Positions 46,768-56,458 are shown, numbered from the stretch's first letter. The stretch: 64,000 bases of DNA from Patescibacteria group bacterium (GCA_038065475.1 JBBTQY010000010.1:3531-67530), one strand, 5' to 3'. Notes: generated from the letters alone by a model not told the origin. A program made the numbers and translations.

Positions 46768-48453
46768 ATGACTGATGAGCGGTTAAAAGAACTTTTGGTA
46801 GGTCCCGGTCTTGTATTGCCGGCCGATTTTGATGCGCTTGCCAGGGAGGCTAAAGAGCATGGTGAGCCGATAGAAGATCTCCTGGTTGAAAAAGACGTGA
46901 TACGCGATAGCCAGCTCGGGCAACTTTTAGCTGAAGAATACGGTGTACCCTTTATCAATATCCAAGAAGAAAAGATTGACGAAGAAATCTTGCACCAGAT
47001 TCCTGAGCTTGTAGCTCGCACACGAGGCGTTGTCGCATTTGGGAGAGATAAAGATAACTTTAAAGTTGCTATGCGCAATCCGGGTGACGCGGAGATAACT
47101 AATCTTCTGGAAAAACGTCTTGCTGGCCCCATTACCAAGTTTTATATAACTCATCGAGGGCTTACCGAGGCGCTTGGATTTTATCGTGCGCATATTCGCG
47201 ACGCATTTACCAAGATTCTTGATCAGCTCAAAGATGAAAAATTTTCGCGCGAAGATAGAGATGAGGCAACGGTCGCTATGGTTGATGCGCTTTTGCGTTA
47301 TGGGCACGAGTCAAAGGCATCTGATGTGCATATCGAGCCGCATCCCCAAAAAATTGTTATCCGGTTTCGTATCGATGGCGTCATGCATGACATCCTTGAT
47401 TTGCCCAAAAACTTACTCGACGTCATCATGACGCGTATAAAAATTTTGGCAAAGATGCGTACCGATGAGCATCGTGCCGCGCAAGATGGCAAACTTTCGT
47501 TCGAAACCGAAGATGACAAGGTAGACGTACGCGTTTCCATTGTGCCGGTGACTGAAGGTGAAAATGTGGTCATGCGTCTGCTCTCATCGAAGAGTAGGCA
47601 ATACAGCTTGTCCGATGTAGGGCTTTCCGACGCTGATCGTGCAAAGATCGAGAGCGCTATCGGAAATCCGCACGGTATGATTCTGGTTACAGGGCCCACC
47701 GGTTCGGGTAAAACCACAACGGTTTATGCCATGCTCAAAATTCTCAATACGCGCGATGTTCACATTGCGACTATTGAAGACCCGGTTGAGTATGAGATTG
47801 AAGGCGTCAGTCAGATACAAGTCAATGTGCGTACCAATCTGACATTTGCCAAGGGGCTTCGCGCCATTGTGCGCCAAGATCCCGATATCATCATGGTCGG
47901 TGAAATCCGCGACGAAGAGACGGCTGACATCGCAATTAACTCTGCTATGACTGGTCACCTCGTACTCTCAACTTTGCATGCAAACGATGCCGCCACAACG
48001 CTCCCGCGATTGCTTGATATGAAGGTTGAACCATTTTTAGTTGCATCCACCGTCAACATCGTCATTGCCCAGCGCCTCGTGCGGAAAATCTGCGAGAAGT
48101 GTCGCGCCTCCCATCAAGGATCTTCTAATGAGAAAGAAATACTTGCACAAGACGCGCGTTTGCGCGAAGTGGTGTTAAATCATCTAAAAACCGATATAGA
48201 AAATATTCGTCTCTATAAAGGTACGGGGTGCCCCGTATGTTCCAATACGGGTTATCTTGGCCGCGTGGGAGTTTTTGAGGTGTTGCAGATGACGCCTGAG
48301 ATAAAACAGCTTGTCGCCGCACGAGCTCCGTCATCTGACATTGTGCGCATAGCGCGTACGCAGGGGATGACGACCATGCTCGAAGATGGCATTGATAAAG
48401 TAGTTCGAGGTATTACCACCATAGAAGAAGTTATCCGCGCAACAAAAGAATAA
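46768..48453 (+). CDS. Second PilB/GspE ATPase
   Basis: ASDVHIEP, GPTGSGKTT, RQDPDIIMVGEIRD, CEKC...CPVC zinc motif. Confidence 0.93.
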   Translation: MTDERLKELLVGPGLVLPADFDALAREAKEHGEPIEDLLVEKDVIRDSQLGQLLAEEYGVPFINIQEEKIDEEILHQIPELVARTRGVVAFGRDKDNFKVAMRNPGDAEITNLLEKRLAGPITKFYITHRGLTEALGFYRAHIRDAFTKILDQLKDEKFSREDRDEATVAMVDALLRYGHESKASDVHIEPHPQKIVIRFRIDGVMHDILDLPKNLLDVIMTRIKILAKMRTDEHRAAQDGKLSFETEDDKVDVRVSIVPVTEGENVVMRLLSSKSRQYSLSDVGLSDADRAKIESAIGNPHGMILVTGPTGSGKTTTVYAMLKILNTRDVHIATIEDPVEYEIEGVSQIQVNVRTNLTFAKGLRAIVRQDPDIIMVGEIRDEETADIAINSAMTGHLVLSTLHANDAATTLPRLLDMKVEPFLVASTVNIVIAQRLVRKICEKCRASHQGSSNEKEILAQDARLREVVLNHLKTDIENIRLYKGTGCPVCSNTGYLGRVGVFEVLQMTPEIKQLVAARAPSSDIVRIARTQGMTTMLEDGIDKVVRGITTIEEVIRATKE

Positions 48454-48454
48454 T

Positions 48455-49174
48455 ATGCCCAAAAAGAAACTTACCCGAGAAGAAACTACGCAGCGCATCA
48501 CTGAGGTTACCTCAGTTATTTCACATCAGCTCAAGACGCCTCTTGCCGGCATCAAATCATCACTCGAAGTTTTACTTTCAGGCGATTTAGGTGATGTGAC
48601 CGCCAAGCAGCGCGAGTATCTCGTGCTAGCGCTTGATGGCGCCAACAAAATGATTGGTTTGGTCAAAAATCTTCTTGATGCCTCGCGTATTGATGAGGGT
48701 CGTATGCAGCTTGCGCCAGAACCTACCGATATTGGCGCGTTAGCAAAGGCAGTAGTAGATGATCTTGCCACATTTGCACAGGCAAAAAATACAACACTCT
48801 CAATCACACTCGAAGAAAATCTGCCAAAAACTTCTGTCGATACACTTAAGATTCATGAGGTTATCAACAATATTGTATATAACGCCATTCGTTACAGTAA
48901 GGGCAAGGGCGCAGTAATAGTCTCGGTACGAAGAGATGGGCACGATATTTTATTCTCCTGTGAAGATACGGGTATCGGTATTGCCGAGGGTGATAAAGAA
49001 AAAATCTTTAGCAAGTTTTATCGGAGCCCAGACGTGAGTGCCTTGGCGCCCGATGGGTCGGGCCTTGGGCTTTATATATCGAAGGCCATTGTTGAGAAGA
49101 GCGGGGGCAAGATTTGGTTCGAATCTGCTGAGGGCAGGGGCTCTACCTTTTCGTTCTCGCTCCCGATACAATAG
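48455..49174 (+). CDS. Histidine kinase without sensor domain
   Basis: SHQLKTPL H-box, NAIRYS, DTGIGI, GSGLGL. Confidence 0.92.
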   Translation: MPKKKLTREETTQRITEVTSVISHQLKTPLAGIKSSLEVLLSGDLGDVTAKQREYLVLALDGANKMIGLVKNLLDASRIDEGRMQLAPEPTDIGALAKAVVDDLATFAQAKNTTLSITLEENLPKTSVDTLKIHEVINNIVYNAIRYSKGKGAVIVSVRRDGHDILFSCEDTGIGIAEGDKEKIFSKFYRSPDVSALAPDGSGLGLYISKAIVEKSGGKIWFESAEGRGSTFSFSLPIQ

Positions 49175-49183
49175 ATACTATAT

Positions 49184-49594
49184 ATGGCAGATCAGAAAAA
49201 AATTCTTATTATTGAAGACGACAAGTTTCTCTTGAAACTCTATAGTGACAAGCTTTCCCGCGAAGGATTTTTGGTGAGCATGGCTATCTCGGGTGAAGAG
49301 GGGCTCGGTAAGGTAAAGCAAGAGAAACCCGACCTTGTGCTCCTTGATGTTATTTTGCCGCAGAAAAATGGTTTTGATATTTTGGGTGCACTCAAGCTTG
49401 ACCCTGAAACCAAAGACGTGCCGGTGGTAATGCTAACTAATCTTGGCCAAGAATCTGATATTAAAACAGGTCTTGATCTGGGCGCTGCTGACTACTTGGT
49501 GAAGACAGATTTTTCTATTACTAAGCTTCCCGAGGTCGTTCGCAAACATATTGCGATTCATGGCGCAAACCCAACAACCCCCAGTTCGTCATAG
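49184..49594 (+). CDS. Single-domain response regulator
   Basis: LIIEDD, LLDVILP, LTNL, YLVK. Confidence 0.92.
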   Translation: MADQKKILIIEDDKFLLKLYSDKLSREGFLVSMAISGEEGLGKVKQEKPDLVLLDVILPQKNGFDILGALKLDPETKDVPVVMLTNLGQESDIKTGLDLGAADYLVKTDFSITKLPEVVRKHIAIHGANPTTPSSS

Positions 49595-50639
49595 TCGTCG
49601 GGGCGCGAGTCTTGCCGTTCGCGCGCTTTTTGCAAAGCATTTGGCAGTCATGCTCAAGTCTGGTTTGACGTTGACTGAGGCCTTGGCAATCACGCGCGAT
49701 TCTGCGCGCGGGTCATTTCGCGACGTGCTCGCAGATGTCATGCGCGCGGTCGAGACAGGCAGACCACTCTCGCAAGCTTTTGGTGATCACCAGCAAGTAT
49801 TTGGTGGGCTTTTTATTGAGGCAACGTATGCCGGCGAACGATCAGGAACGCTGCCTGAAAATTTAGAAAATATTGCTCAAGAGCTTGAGCGCGAAAAAGA
49901 ACTTGCAGGAAAGATAAAGGGTGCGCTTATGTATCCATCGGTCGTGCTTGTTGCCGCAGGCATATTGGCTATGGGTGTCTCTTTTTTTGTACTACCCAAA
50001 ATAACGCCCCTCTTTGAAGGTCTTCGCACCGAGCTCCCACTCGCAACTCGCGCGCTGATTAGTTTTTCTCATTTTGTACGAGACTACGGATATATATTTT
50101 TTGGCAGCCTCATCGGGATCATTCTTTTATTGGTATGGATGGCACGGCAAAAATTTTCACATCCTTTGACGCATCTTTTGATGTTGCGCATACCTATTGT
50201 GGGTGGCATGGTGAGGTCTGCAAACATTGCGCGATTTGTGCGCACACTTGGTATGTTGCTCAAAAGCGGCGTGAATGTCGATGAGGCGATTGAAATCGCA
50301 CACGACTCTATCAGTAATTATTATTATCGGCTTGCGCTCGCACGTGTGGCACGCGATGTTGCCAAGGGGTCAAAACTTTCTCTGAGCCTTGCACAAGAGG
50401 CGCATCTTTTTCCTCCTATCGTTACGCGCATGGTTAAGGTGGGTGAGGAATCAGGTAAATTTGAAGAAACTCTCTTTTATCTCGCTTCATTTTATGAAGC
50501 TGAAGTTGATACTTCGACTAAAACTCTTTCAGTAGCTCTTGAACCTATTTTGCTTTTGTTTATCGGGCTTTTAGTAGGAGGTCTCGCACTCGCGATTATA
50601 ACGCCAATCTATGAGATCACGGGCAATATTGGCCGGTAG
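49560..50639 (+). CDS. Second PilC/GspF platform protein
   Basis: GERSGTL, ALMYP, GEESGK, LEP. Confidence 0.9.
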   Translation: MAQTQQPPVRHSRRGASLAVRALFAKHLAVMLKSGLTLTEALAITRDSARGSFRDVLADVMRAVETGRPLSQAFGDHQQVFGGLFIEATYAGERSGTLPENLENIAQELEREKELAGKIKGALMYPSVVLVAAGILAMGVSFFVLPKITPLFEGLRTELPLATRALISFSHFVRDYGYIFFGSLIGIILLLVWMARQKFSHPLTHLLMLRIPIVGGMVRSANIARFVRTLGMLLKSGVNVDEAIEIAHDSISNYYYRLALARVARDVAKGSKLSLSLAQEAHLFPPIVTRMVKVGEESGKFEETLFYLASFYEAEVDTSTKTLSVALEPILLLFIGLLVGGLALAIITPIYEITGNIGR

Positions 50640-51099
50640 CAGAGCTTTCACGCTTCCCGAACTGCTTATCACGCTCGGTCTTTTAGGCCTGGTTGTAGCT
50701 ATTGCGGTACCGGTAGTTTCAAATCTACAGGTATCGAGCCAGCTCGACGATGTAACGACAGAAATAAAGATGGCGCTTCGCACGGTACGTACGCGCTCAG
50801 AGGCACGAGTGGGTAATGCAACGCATGGAATGCTATTTACGCTTACCCCAGGCGCACAGTCATATACGCTCTACCAAGTACCCGATGGCGCATCAGCGCG
50901 TGATACAGCTCTCGATGAAGTACGGCAAATACCACCATCAATGACGATTTCTACTACGATATCGGGCGGAGATATTAATTTTAGTCGTGGCAGTGGAGCG
51001 CCAAATATTAGTACGGCGCAAAGTATTACTATCACGCATGCTGCGGGAGGCGTACGGACTATCACTATCACTCCTGCTGGTCTCGTAGATGCAGAGTAA
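50611..51099 (+). CDS. Minor pilin (FimU/GspH-like)
   Basis: SRA/FTLPELLI. Confidence 0.82.
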   Translation: MRSRAILAGSRAFTLPELLITLGLLGLVVAIAVPVVSNLQVSSQLDDVTTEIKMALRTVRTRSEARVGNATHGMLFTLTPGAQSYTLYQVPDGASARDTALDEVRQIPPSMTISTTISGGDINFSRGSGAPNISTAQSITITHAAGGVRTITITPAGLVDAE

Positions 51100-51157
51100 G
51101 GGGCATAAAATATTCCTTGTTTCGGGTGTTCGCTCGGAAATAATATATACTATATAT

Positions 51158-53032
51158 ATGAAGGGGCAAACGCTCTTTGAGATTGTTATTGCGCTTGCGA
51201 TTTTTTCTATGGTCGCATCTATTTTGGTGAGCGTGTCACTCGGCGGTTTTACCGCGCTTACTCAAGGGGGTGATCAGACAAAAGCATCAGCGCTCGCTGA
51301 GGAAGGTTTGGAAGCGTTACGCTCTATCCGTGATGGCGCATGGAATGAATTGCGCCCGCCGGCAGGTAGTCAGACCGCAATGATTTCTGGTGCGATCGCG
51401 GTTAGCGGCAATCAATGGGTGTTCAATGCGGGTGCGCCCGTAGAGACGATTGGTAAGTTTAGTCGAGCAATTACTCTTGAAGCTGTGTGCCGTGATTTAG
51501 TGACGCGGGTTATTACTGTATGTCCGGCAGGCGTACCCGATCCGCATACTGAGCGCGCAACAGTCACGATAAGTTGGGAGACGCGCCCTGGAGTTTCCAA
51601 TAATATTACGCGCAGCGCATACATCACGAGCTGGCATTCAAAAACATGGACGCAGACTGATTGGTCGGGCGGGGGGGCAAGCTCTCCGGTCAATCAATTT
51701 GCAGCAAATACTCCTGCGGGAAGTATTAATCATAGTGTTGCAGGAGAGCTCAGCTTAGCGCAGGGCGGTGGCGCGGGTGATTGGAGCCAGGTTGAACTGG
51801 GCACTAAATTTCCACCGTTACGCCAACTCAATGCCATCAGCGGTATTTCATCGCAAGATTTTTGGGTTGTAGGTAATGCGACGCGGGTAATTCATTATTT
51901 GAATGGAGCGTGGAGCGCACCTGCGGCAGCGATTAACCCACCGTCTCTCAATTTGCGTGATGTAGCTATGCTGTCCGCGACCGATGGATGGGCGGTAGGA
52001 TCGCAAGGGGAAATTGTTAGATGTACAGCTTCCGGTTCGTCATGTGCGTGGACCGATAGCGCAGCACAGGGGGCGCTTGATACTGGCAATGAACAATGGA
52101 ATGCACTTTCTTTGTTGGACAATCAGAACGGTTGGGCGGTTGGCAATAGCGGAGCCCTTGCGCGCCTTCAAACTGCTACCTGGTCAGAGAAAGCGTCTTT
52201 GTTCGCTGATGATATCAATGATGTTGATATCATCGATGCTGCAGATGGTTGGGCGGTTGGAGGTGGTGGACGTGTGATCAGATATCGTGGAGGCAATACC
52301 TGGGCGACCAATACCGATGGCGCTGGTTCGCTTGGCGGCATGAATTGGTACGGAGTATTTATGCTCAACGCAAGCAAGGGTTGGGCGGTTGGGTCGGGAG
52401 GTCTCGTCTATCAGTGGCAGGGTAGTAGCTGGTCTCCTTTTTGTGATACAGGATCGGAAGTATGGGAAAGTGTTTTTGCGCTTTCTTCTAGCGAAATTTG
52501 GGCTATTGGCAATGGGGGAAAGGTCATGTTTTCCGACGGGCAGACATGTTCGGTTATATCTTCCGGTACAAACGGAAGCCTTCGAGATCTTATTATTTTT
52601 TCGCAACCAGACACTTCTCTCATAGGCTATGCAGTTGGAGATAATAGCAATGCGGTAAAAATGACACGATCTCCGGCATCGGCGCTTTCGGGGGAGATTG
52701 TGTCCGTGGCGTTTCCTTTGAGTGATAACTCGCCCATTGAGGTCATTGAATGGGCCGAGACTATTCCAGGCGCGTGTGGAGGGTCGTGCACGGTAAAATT
52801 TCAAATACAGGTGGCACCTGACAATGCTGGCGCGCCGAGCGCTTGGTACCCTCCGGAGTGGATGGGCCCTGAGGGAGATGATGGAGATGAAACTGACTAT
52901 TTTACGTCAGCGTCGGGGCAGCTCGTACCATCTATTACCAATGGTCGAGCCTGGGTGCGCTATAAAGCTCTACTCACAGGTGATGGGACTAACACGCCGG
53001 TTTTACAAGAGATGCGAATACAATATAAATAA
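51158..53032 (+). CDS. Large minor pilin with beta-propeller-like repeats
   Basis: KG/QTLFEIVIA, AEEGLEALRSIRD, seven W/Y-A/V-V/I-G-x-x repeats. Confidence 0.8.
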   Translation: MKGQTLFEIVIALAIFSMVASILVSVSLGGFTALTQGGDQTKASALAEEGLEALRSIRDGAWNELRPPAGSQTAMISGAIAVSGNQWVFNAGAPVETIGKFSRAITLEAVCRDLVTRVITVCPAGVPDPHTERATVTISWETRPGVSNNITRSAYITSWHSKTWTQTDWSGGGASSPVNQFAANTPAGSINHSVAGELSLAQGGGAGDWSQVELGTKFPPLRQLNAISGISSQDFWVVGNATRVIHYLNGAWSAPAAAINPPSLNLRDVAMLSATDGWAVGSQGEIVRCTASGSSCAWTDSAAQGALDTGNEQWNALSLLDNQNGWAVGNSGALARLQTATWSEKASLFADDINDVDIIDAADGWAVGGGGRVIRYRGGNTWATNTDGAGSLGGMNWYGVFMLNASKGWAVGSGGLVYQWQGSSWSPFCDTGSEVWESVFALSSSEIWAIGNGGKVMFSDGQTCSVISSGTNGSLRDLIIFSQPDTSLIGYAVGDNSNAVKMTRSPASALSGEIVSVAFPLSDNSPIEVIEWAETIPGACGGSCTVKFQIQVAPDNAGAPSAWYPPEWMGPEGDDGDETDYFTSASGQLVPSITNGRAWVRYKALLTGDGTNTPVLQEMRIQYK

Positions 53033-53033
53033 T

Positions 53034-53537
53034 ATGCGTCACGGATTTACTCTGATTGAGATGATTATATATCTTGCGGTTGTTGGCATGATTGCCGTGA
53101 GTTTGGTGACCTATGGTATTTCTGTTTCAACGTCGCGCAGTAAGGCCGAGGTTGTCTCAGAAGTACAATCGGGCGCGCGGTTTGCGCTCAGTATGTTGCG
53201 TCAAAAGATGCGTGCTGCAAATAGTATCAATTTTGCGGGGAGCGTTCTTGATGTTAATCCGGGAAAGCTCGAGCTTTCTATGCCGAGTCCGTTACCGAGT
53301 CCAGTTGTTTTTGATGTCGATCCTGGCAGTGGGCGGCTCCGCATGAAGGCTGGAGTGAATCCAGCAGAGTTTATTACGTCCGATGAGGTTGAGATATCTG
53401 ATCTGCGTTTTATAAACTTGACTGATGGCACACATGAGCACGTGCGTATTTTGATGACTCTCAGATATAAAAACGCAGGATCGGTCGAGTATCAGTATGA
53501 ATATTCGATCCAGAGTGCAATGGGAGTGCGATTGTAA
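53034..53537 (+). CDS. Minor pilin (PilW-like)
   Basis: RHG/FTLIEMIIY. Confidence 0.85.
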   Translation: MRHGFTLIEMIIYLAVVGMIAVSLVTYGISVSTSRSKAEVVSEVQSGARFALSMLRQKMRAANSINFAGSVLDVNPGKLELSMPSPLPSPVVFDVDPGSGRLRMKAGVNPAEFITSDEVEISDLRFINLTDGTHEHVRILMTLRYKNAGSVEYQYEYSIQSAMGVRL

Positions 53538-53541
53538 TTTT

Positions 53542-53961
53542 ATGCGATCACCACATACAACGTATCATCATCACTCGGGCGTTGCCGCACTTTTTATTAT
53601 TGTGGTGGTTGGTGCATCAGCACTCTTGATGGCGCTCGGCGCTACTTTTTTGGGTATTGATGAGCTCAATTTGGGTTTTGTGGATGCAAGAGGAGAAGAT
53701 GTGATGGCGCTCGCTGATGGATGTCTCGAGGAGGCGCTTGAACGTATTCGATATAATCCAGCTATTTCTCTGGCGGCTCTTGCGGCAAATACACCTCCCT
53801 ATGCGGATGGCTCATGTATACTAGAGGCAATACCTTTCGGTTCGTTTATCGTCCTCACGGTTACAGCCTCAGACGGTGAATATCACAAAAAAAATATTGC
53901 TGTTATAAACCCAGCATTATCCGGAGGTCAGTTAATATCGTTGACAGAGACTTCAAATTAA
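53542..53961 (+). CDS. Minor pilin (PilX-like)
   Basis: SG/VAALFIIV, ADGCLEEALERIR. Confidence 0.75.
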   Translation: MRSPHTTYHHHSGVAALFIIVVVGASALLMALGATFLGIDELNLGFVDARGEDVMALADGCLEEALERIRYNPAISLAALAANTPPYADGSCILEAIPFGSFIVLTVTASDGEYHKKNIAVINPALSGGQLISLTETSN

Positions 53962-53965
53962 TACT

Positions 53966-55126
53966 ATGCATTTCGGCGCAAAAACCGCGGTTGGTATCAG
54001 TGTTGCTGACCATATCATTGAAATAGTTGAGCTTACAGGTGGCCCAAAGCCTTCTATCGCCGCGCGCAATCGTATCATGCTTGATGCTGGTGTGGTGGTC
54101 GGCGGCGCTATTCATGATGAAAAAAAACTCGCGAGCGTTTTTGCTAAACTTTTTGCTGATGCAAAACCGGTACCCGTATCAACGCGCCATATCGTGTTCG
54201 GCATACCCGAACGCGCTACGTATTTTCATATTTTTGAGGCTCAAAAAATATCGGCTGAGCATATTGCAAATGCAGTCGCGCGCAATATCCCTTTGCCAGC
54301 AGAAGATGTGGTATGGAGTCATCGGGTATTCCCGCAGACCAAAGATGCTTCCCGCGTGGTAATTGCGGCGGCATCACGAAAACTTGTTGAGTCATGGCAA
54401 AACTTTTTGATCTCACAGGGGATTGTCGTTGATATTTTTGATATTGAGGTTTTTGCTATTTTTCGAAATCTCTTTCGTGAGTTTCCCAAAGAGCCCGTAC
54501 TCGTAGTTGATATGGGTGGCGAGACGACTACGATCTCTATTTTTGATTCGGCGGGCCTTGCCTATACGCGCTCGACTCATATTGCCGGTGAGTATCTGAC
54601 GCGCGAGATCGCGGGCGCTCTCAAGATAACGCGCGATGAGGCCGAAGAGAAAAAAAATGCTATTGGCCTTGGCGATCGTGAGCATCCGATCTTTTTCGCG
54701 CTTATCAAGGGTCTCGAGATTGTCGTCAAAGAGATGCGCGCGGCGAGTGAATATTTTGCGCGTACGCGCAACATGCGCGTATCTCAGATCGTGCTTGCGG
54801 GTGGCAGCTCGCGCATGCCCGGGCTCGCAGTGTACATGGAGGCAAATTTTGATATGCCAATTGTCGTTGCATCTCCTACAAGTGACGTTGAAGCGGTAGG
54901 TTTCGCACTTCGCGGGCTTGAGGCGCGTTGGGATGCTACCGATCCAAAATTAACGCTTGAGCAAACGCGAGAATCTTGGTACACCCACGTATCAAAACCG
55001 GCGTTGCACTGGAGTTTGCCCCAGGGTCACGCGGGGCCGGTGAGACTTACTTGGTTGCTGCTCGCCGCTTTTTGTATCTCACTTATATTTTTGGCGGCGC
55101 TTATATATGTCAGATACGGCGCCTAA
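53966..55126 (+). CDS. Second PilM-like protein with C-terminal TM helix
   Basis: VGISVAD, VVDMGG, LAGGSS, hydrophobic C-terminus. Confidence 0.8.
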   Translation: MHFGAKTAVGISVADHIIEIVELTGGPKPSIAARNRIMLDAGVVVGGAIHDEKKLASVFAKLFADAKPVPVSTRHIVFGIPERATYFHIFEAQKISAEHIANAVARNIPLPAEDVVWSHRVFPQTKDASRVVIAAASRKLVESWQNFLISQGIVVDIFDIEVFAIFRNLFREFPKEPVLVVDMGGETTTISIFDSAGLAYTRSTHIAGEYLTREIAGALKITRDEAEEKKNAIGLGDREHPIFFALIKGLEIVVKEMRAASEYFARTRNMRVSQIVLAGGSSRMPGLAVYMEANFDMPIVVASPTSDVEAVGFALRGLEARWDATDPKLTLEQTRESWYTHVSKPALHWSLPQGHAGPVRLTWLLLAAFCISLIFLAALIYVRYGA

Positions 55127-55224
55127 CCGCGGGTTCCTGTGGATAACGAATGTCATTTTTGATTCCGTACTCGTATAATGAGGGCAAGTCTATTTATTAG
55201 ATTATTTTCTTCTCTATCTTTTTT

Positions 55225-55731
55225 ATGAAAAAACAAGGCGGCTTTACCCTTATCGAGCTCCTCATTGTTATTGGTTTAATTGCTATTTTAGCGGGCGTTG
55301 TTTTCGTGGCGCTTGATCCTTTGACGCGCTTTCGTGACGCACGCAACGCACGCAGAAATGCTGATGTCGCATCAATCGCAAGCGCATTGCGTGTAAATCA
55401 GGTAGACAATGGTGGTCAGTATGTAACAAGTGTTAATGGTTTGACCGCAAACGATACGAGTGCGTATCTAATTGGTACAGACGCTGGCACGTGCACCTCG
55501 GGCGCACCCGCGTGTTCTCCCGCTGGTTTTACCATGCAGGCTTCATGTCTTGATCTTACAGCTCTTTCGACCGGCGGCTACCTTGGAACGGTACCACAAA
55601 GTCCCCCAGGAAACGGTCTTACGTGGACTGCCGCGCGAACTGGTTATTATCTTGTCCGTAAAGTAAATGGATCAATCATTGTGGGTGCTTGCGATACGGA
55701 AGGAGGTGCGGCGATTCAGGTTACGAGGTAA
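55225..55731 (+). CDS. Type IV pilin (probable major pilin of locus 2)
   Basis: QGG/FTLIELLIVIG, ARNARRNADV; own TATAAT and downstream hairpin. Confidence 0.9.
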   Translation: MKKQGGFTLIELLIVIGLIAILAGVVFVALDPLTRFRDARNARRNADVASIASALRVNQVDNGGQYVTSVNGLTANDTSAYLIGTDAGTCTSGAPACSPAGFTMQASCLDLTALSTGGYLGTVPQSPPGNGLTWTAARTGYYLVRKVNGSIIVGACDTEGGAAIQVTR

Positions 55732-55840
55732 ATAAAAAATATTTTTCTCAAAAGCTCTCGCATGCGGGGGCTTTTGCATTTTAGATGCTTGTCGCTATAC
55801 TCATACAGAACGCACCATATTGATTTGAGGAGGATTCTCG

Positions 55841-56458
55841 GTGGAGGTGAGAAAGAGGCGAGATAAAGTCGTACTCAAGATTCCCGGTGACATGTACGCA
55901 GGGGCCGGGCAGCCAGGATTTGACGACGGGCTGTTGCGACATGTAGTGAGCGAGATCGCTCATTGTTATCGGATGTGTCCGCTTCAGCAGATGGCGATTG
56001 TTGTCGGAGGGAGCATACACGGCAAGCATCTCTCTGAGGACTTGATTAGCGTTGTCGAGGCCGATGAGCTTGGTATGGTCTCTACTATCATCAATGCCAA
56101 GCTGCTCTCCGGCGCGCTCAGTCGCTGCCAAAAGATCAACGCCCGTGTTGTCTCGGCGCTGCCTATCGCGTACGCAGAGATGTATGTGCGCACAAAGGTC
56201 GCGCGCAAGCTCCCAGATGAACGCCTCGTGATCATCGCGGGAGGTCTGGGTCGCCCGGGATTCACGACAGATCTGGCGGCGGTCACCTTCGGGATTGAGC
56301 TTGGTGTCCAGGTTGTTCTGCGAGCGACCGGCCTCGGCGCTACGGAAAGACCGATGGACCCGTTCGCTCAAAGGCAGGCGAGCGCGAGCAATCTCGAGGT
56401 GATTGAATTCGATCTTTCGCTGGAAGGCAGTCTCTACAAGATGTTGACGAGCGGTTAG
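55841..56458 (+). CDS. Divergent UMP kinase (PyrH)-like amino-acid-kinase-fold protein
   Basis: VVLKIPGD, IVVGGS, ADELGMVSTIINA, AGGLGRPGFTTDLAA; shortened C-terminus. Confidence 0.7.
   Translation: MEVRKRRDKVVLKIPGDMYAGAGQPGFDDGLLRHVVSEIAHCYRMCPLQQMAIVVGGSIHGKHLSEDLISVVEADELGMVSTIINAKLLSGALSRCQKINARVVSALPIAYAEMYVRTKVARKLPDERLVIIAGGLGRPGFTTDLAAVTFGIELGVQVVLRATGLGATERPMDPFAQRQASASNLEVIEFDLSLEGSLYKMLTSG

Noticed and set aside
31012-47973. Near-identical GGTCACCTCGTACTCTC blocks in pilB, pilT and pilB2
   Set aside because: They encode the invariant TGHLVLST motif; protein conservation plus codon preference is a sufficient explanation.
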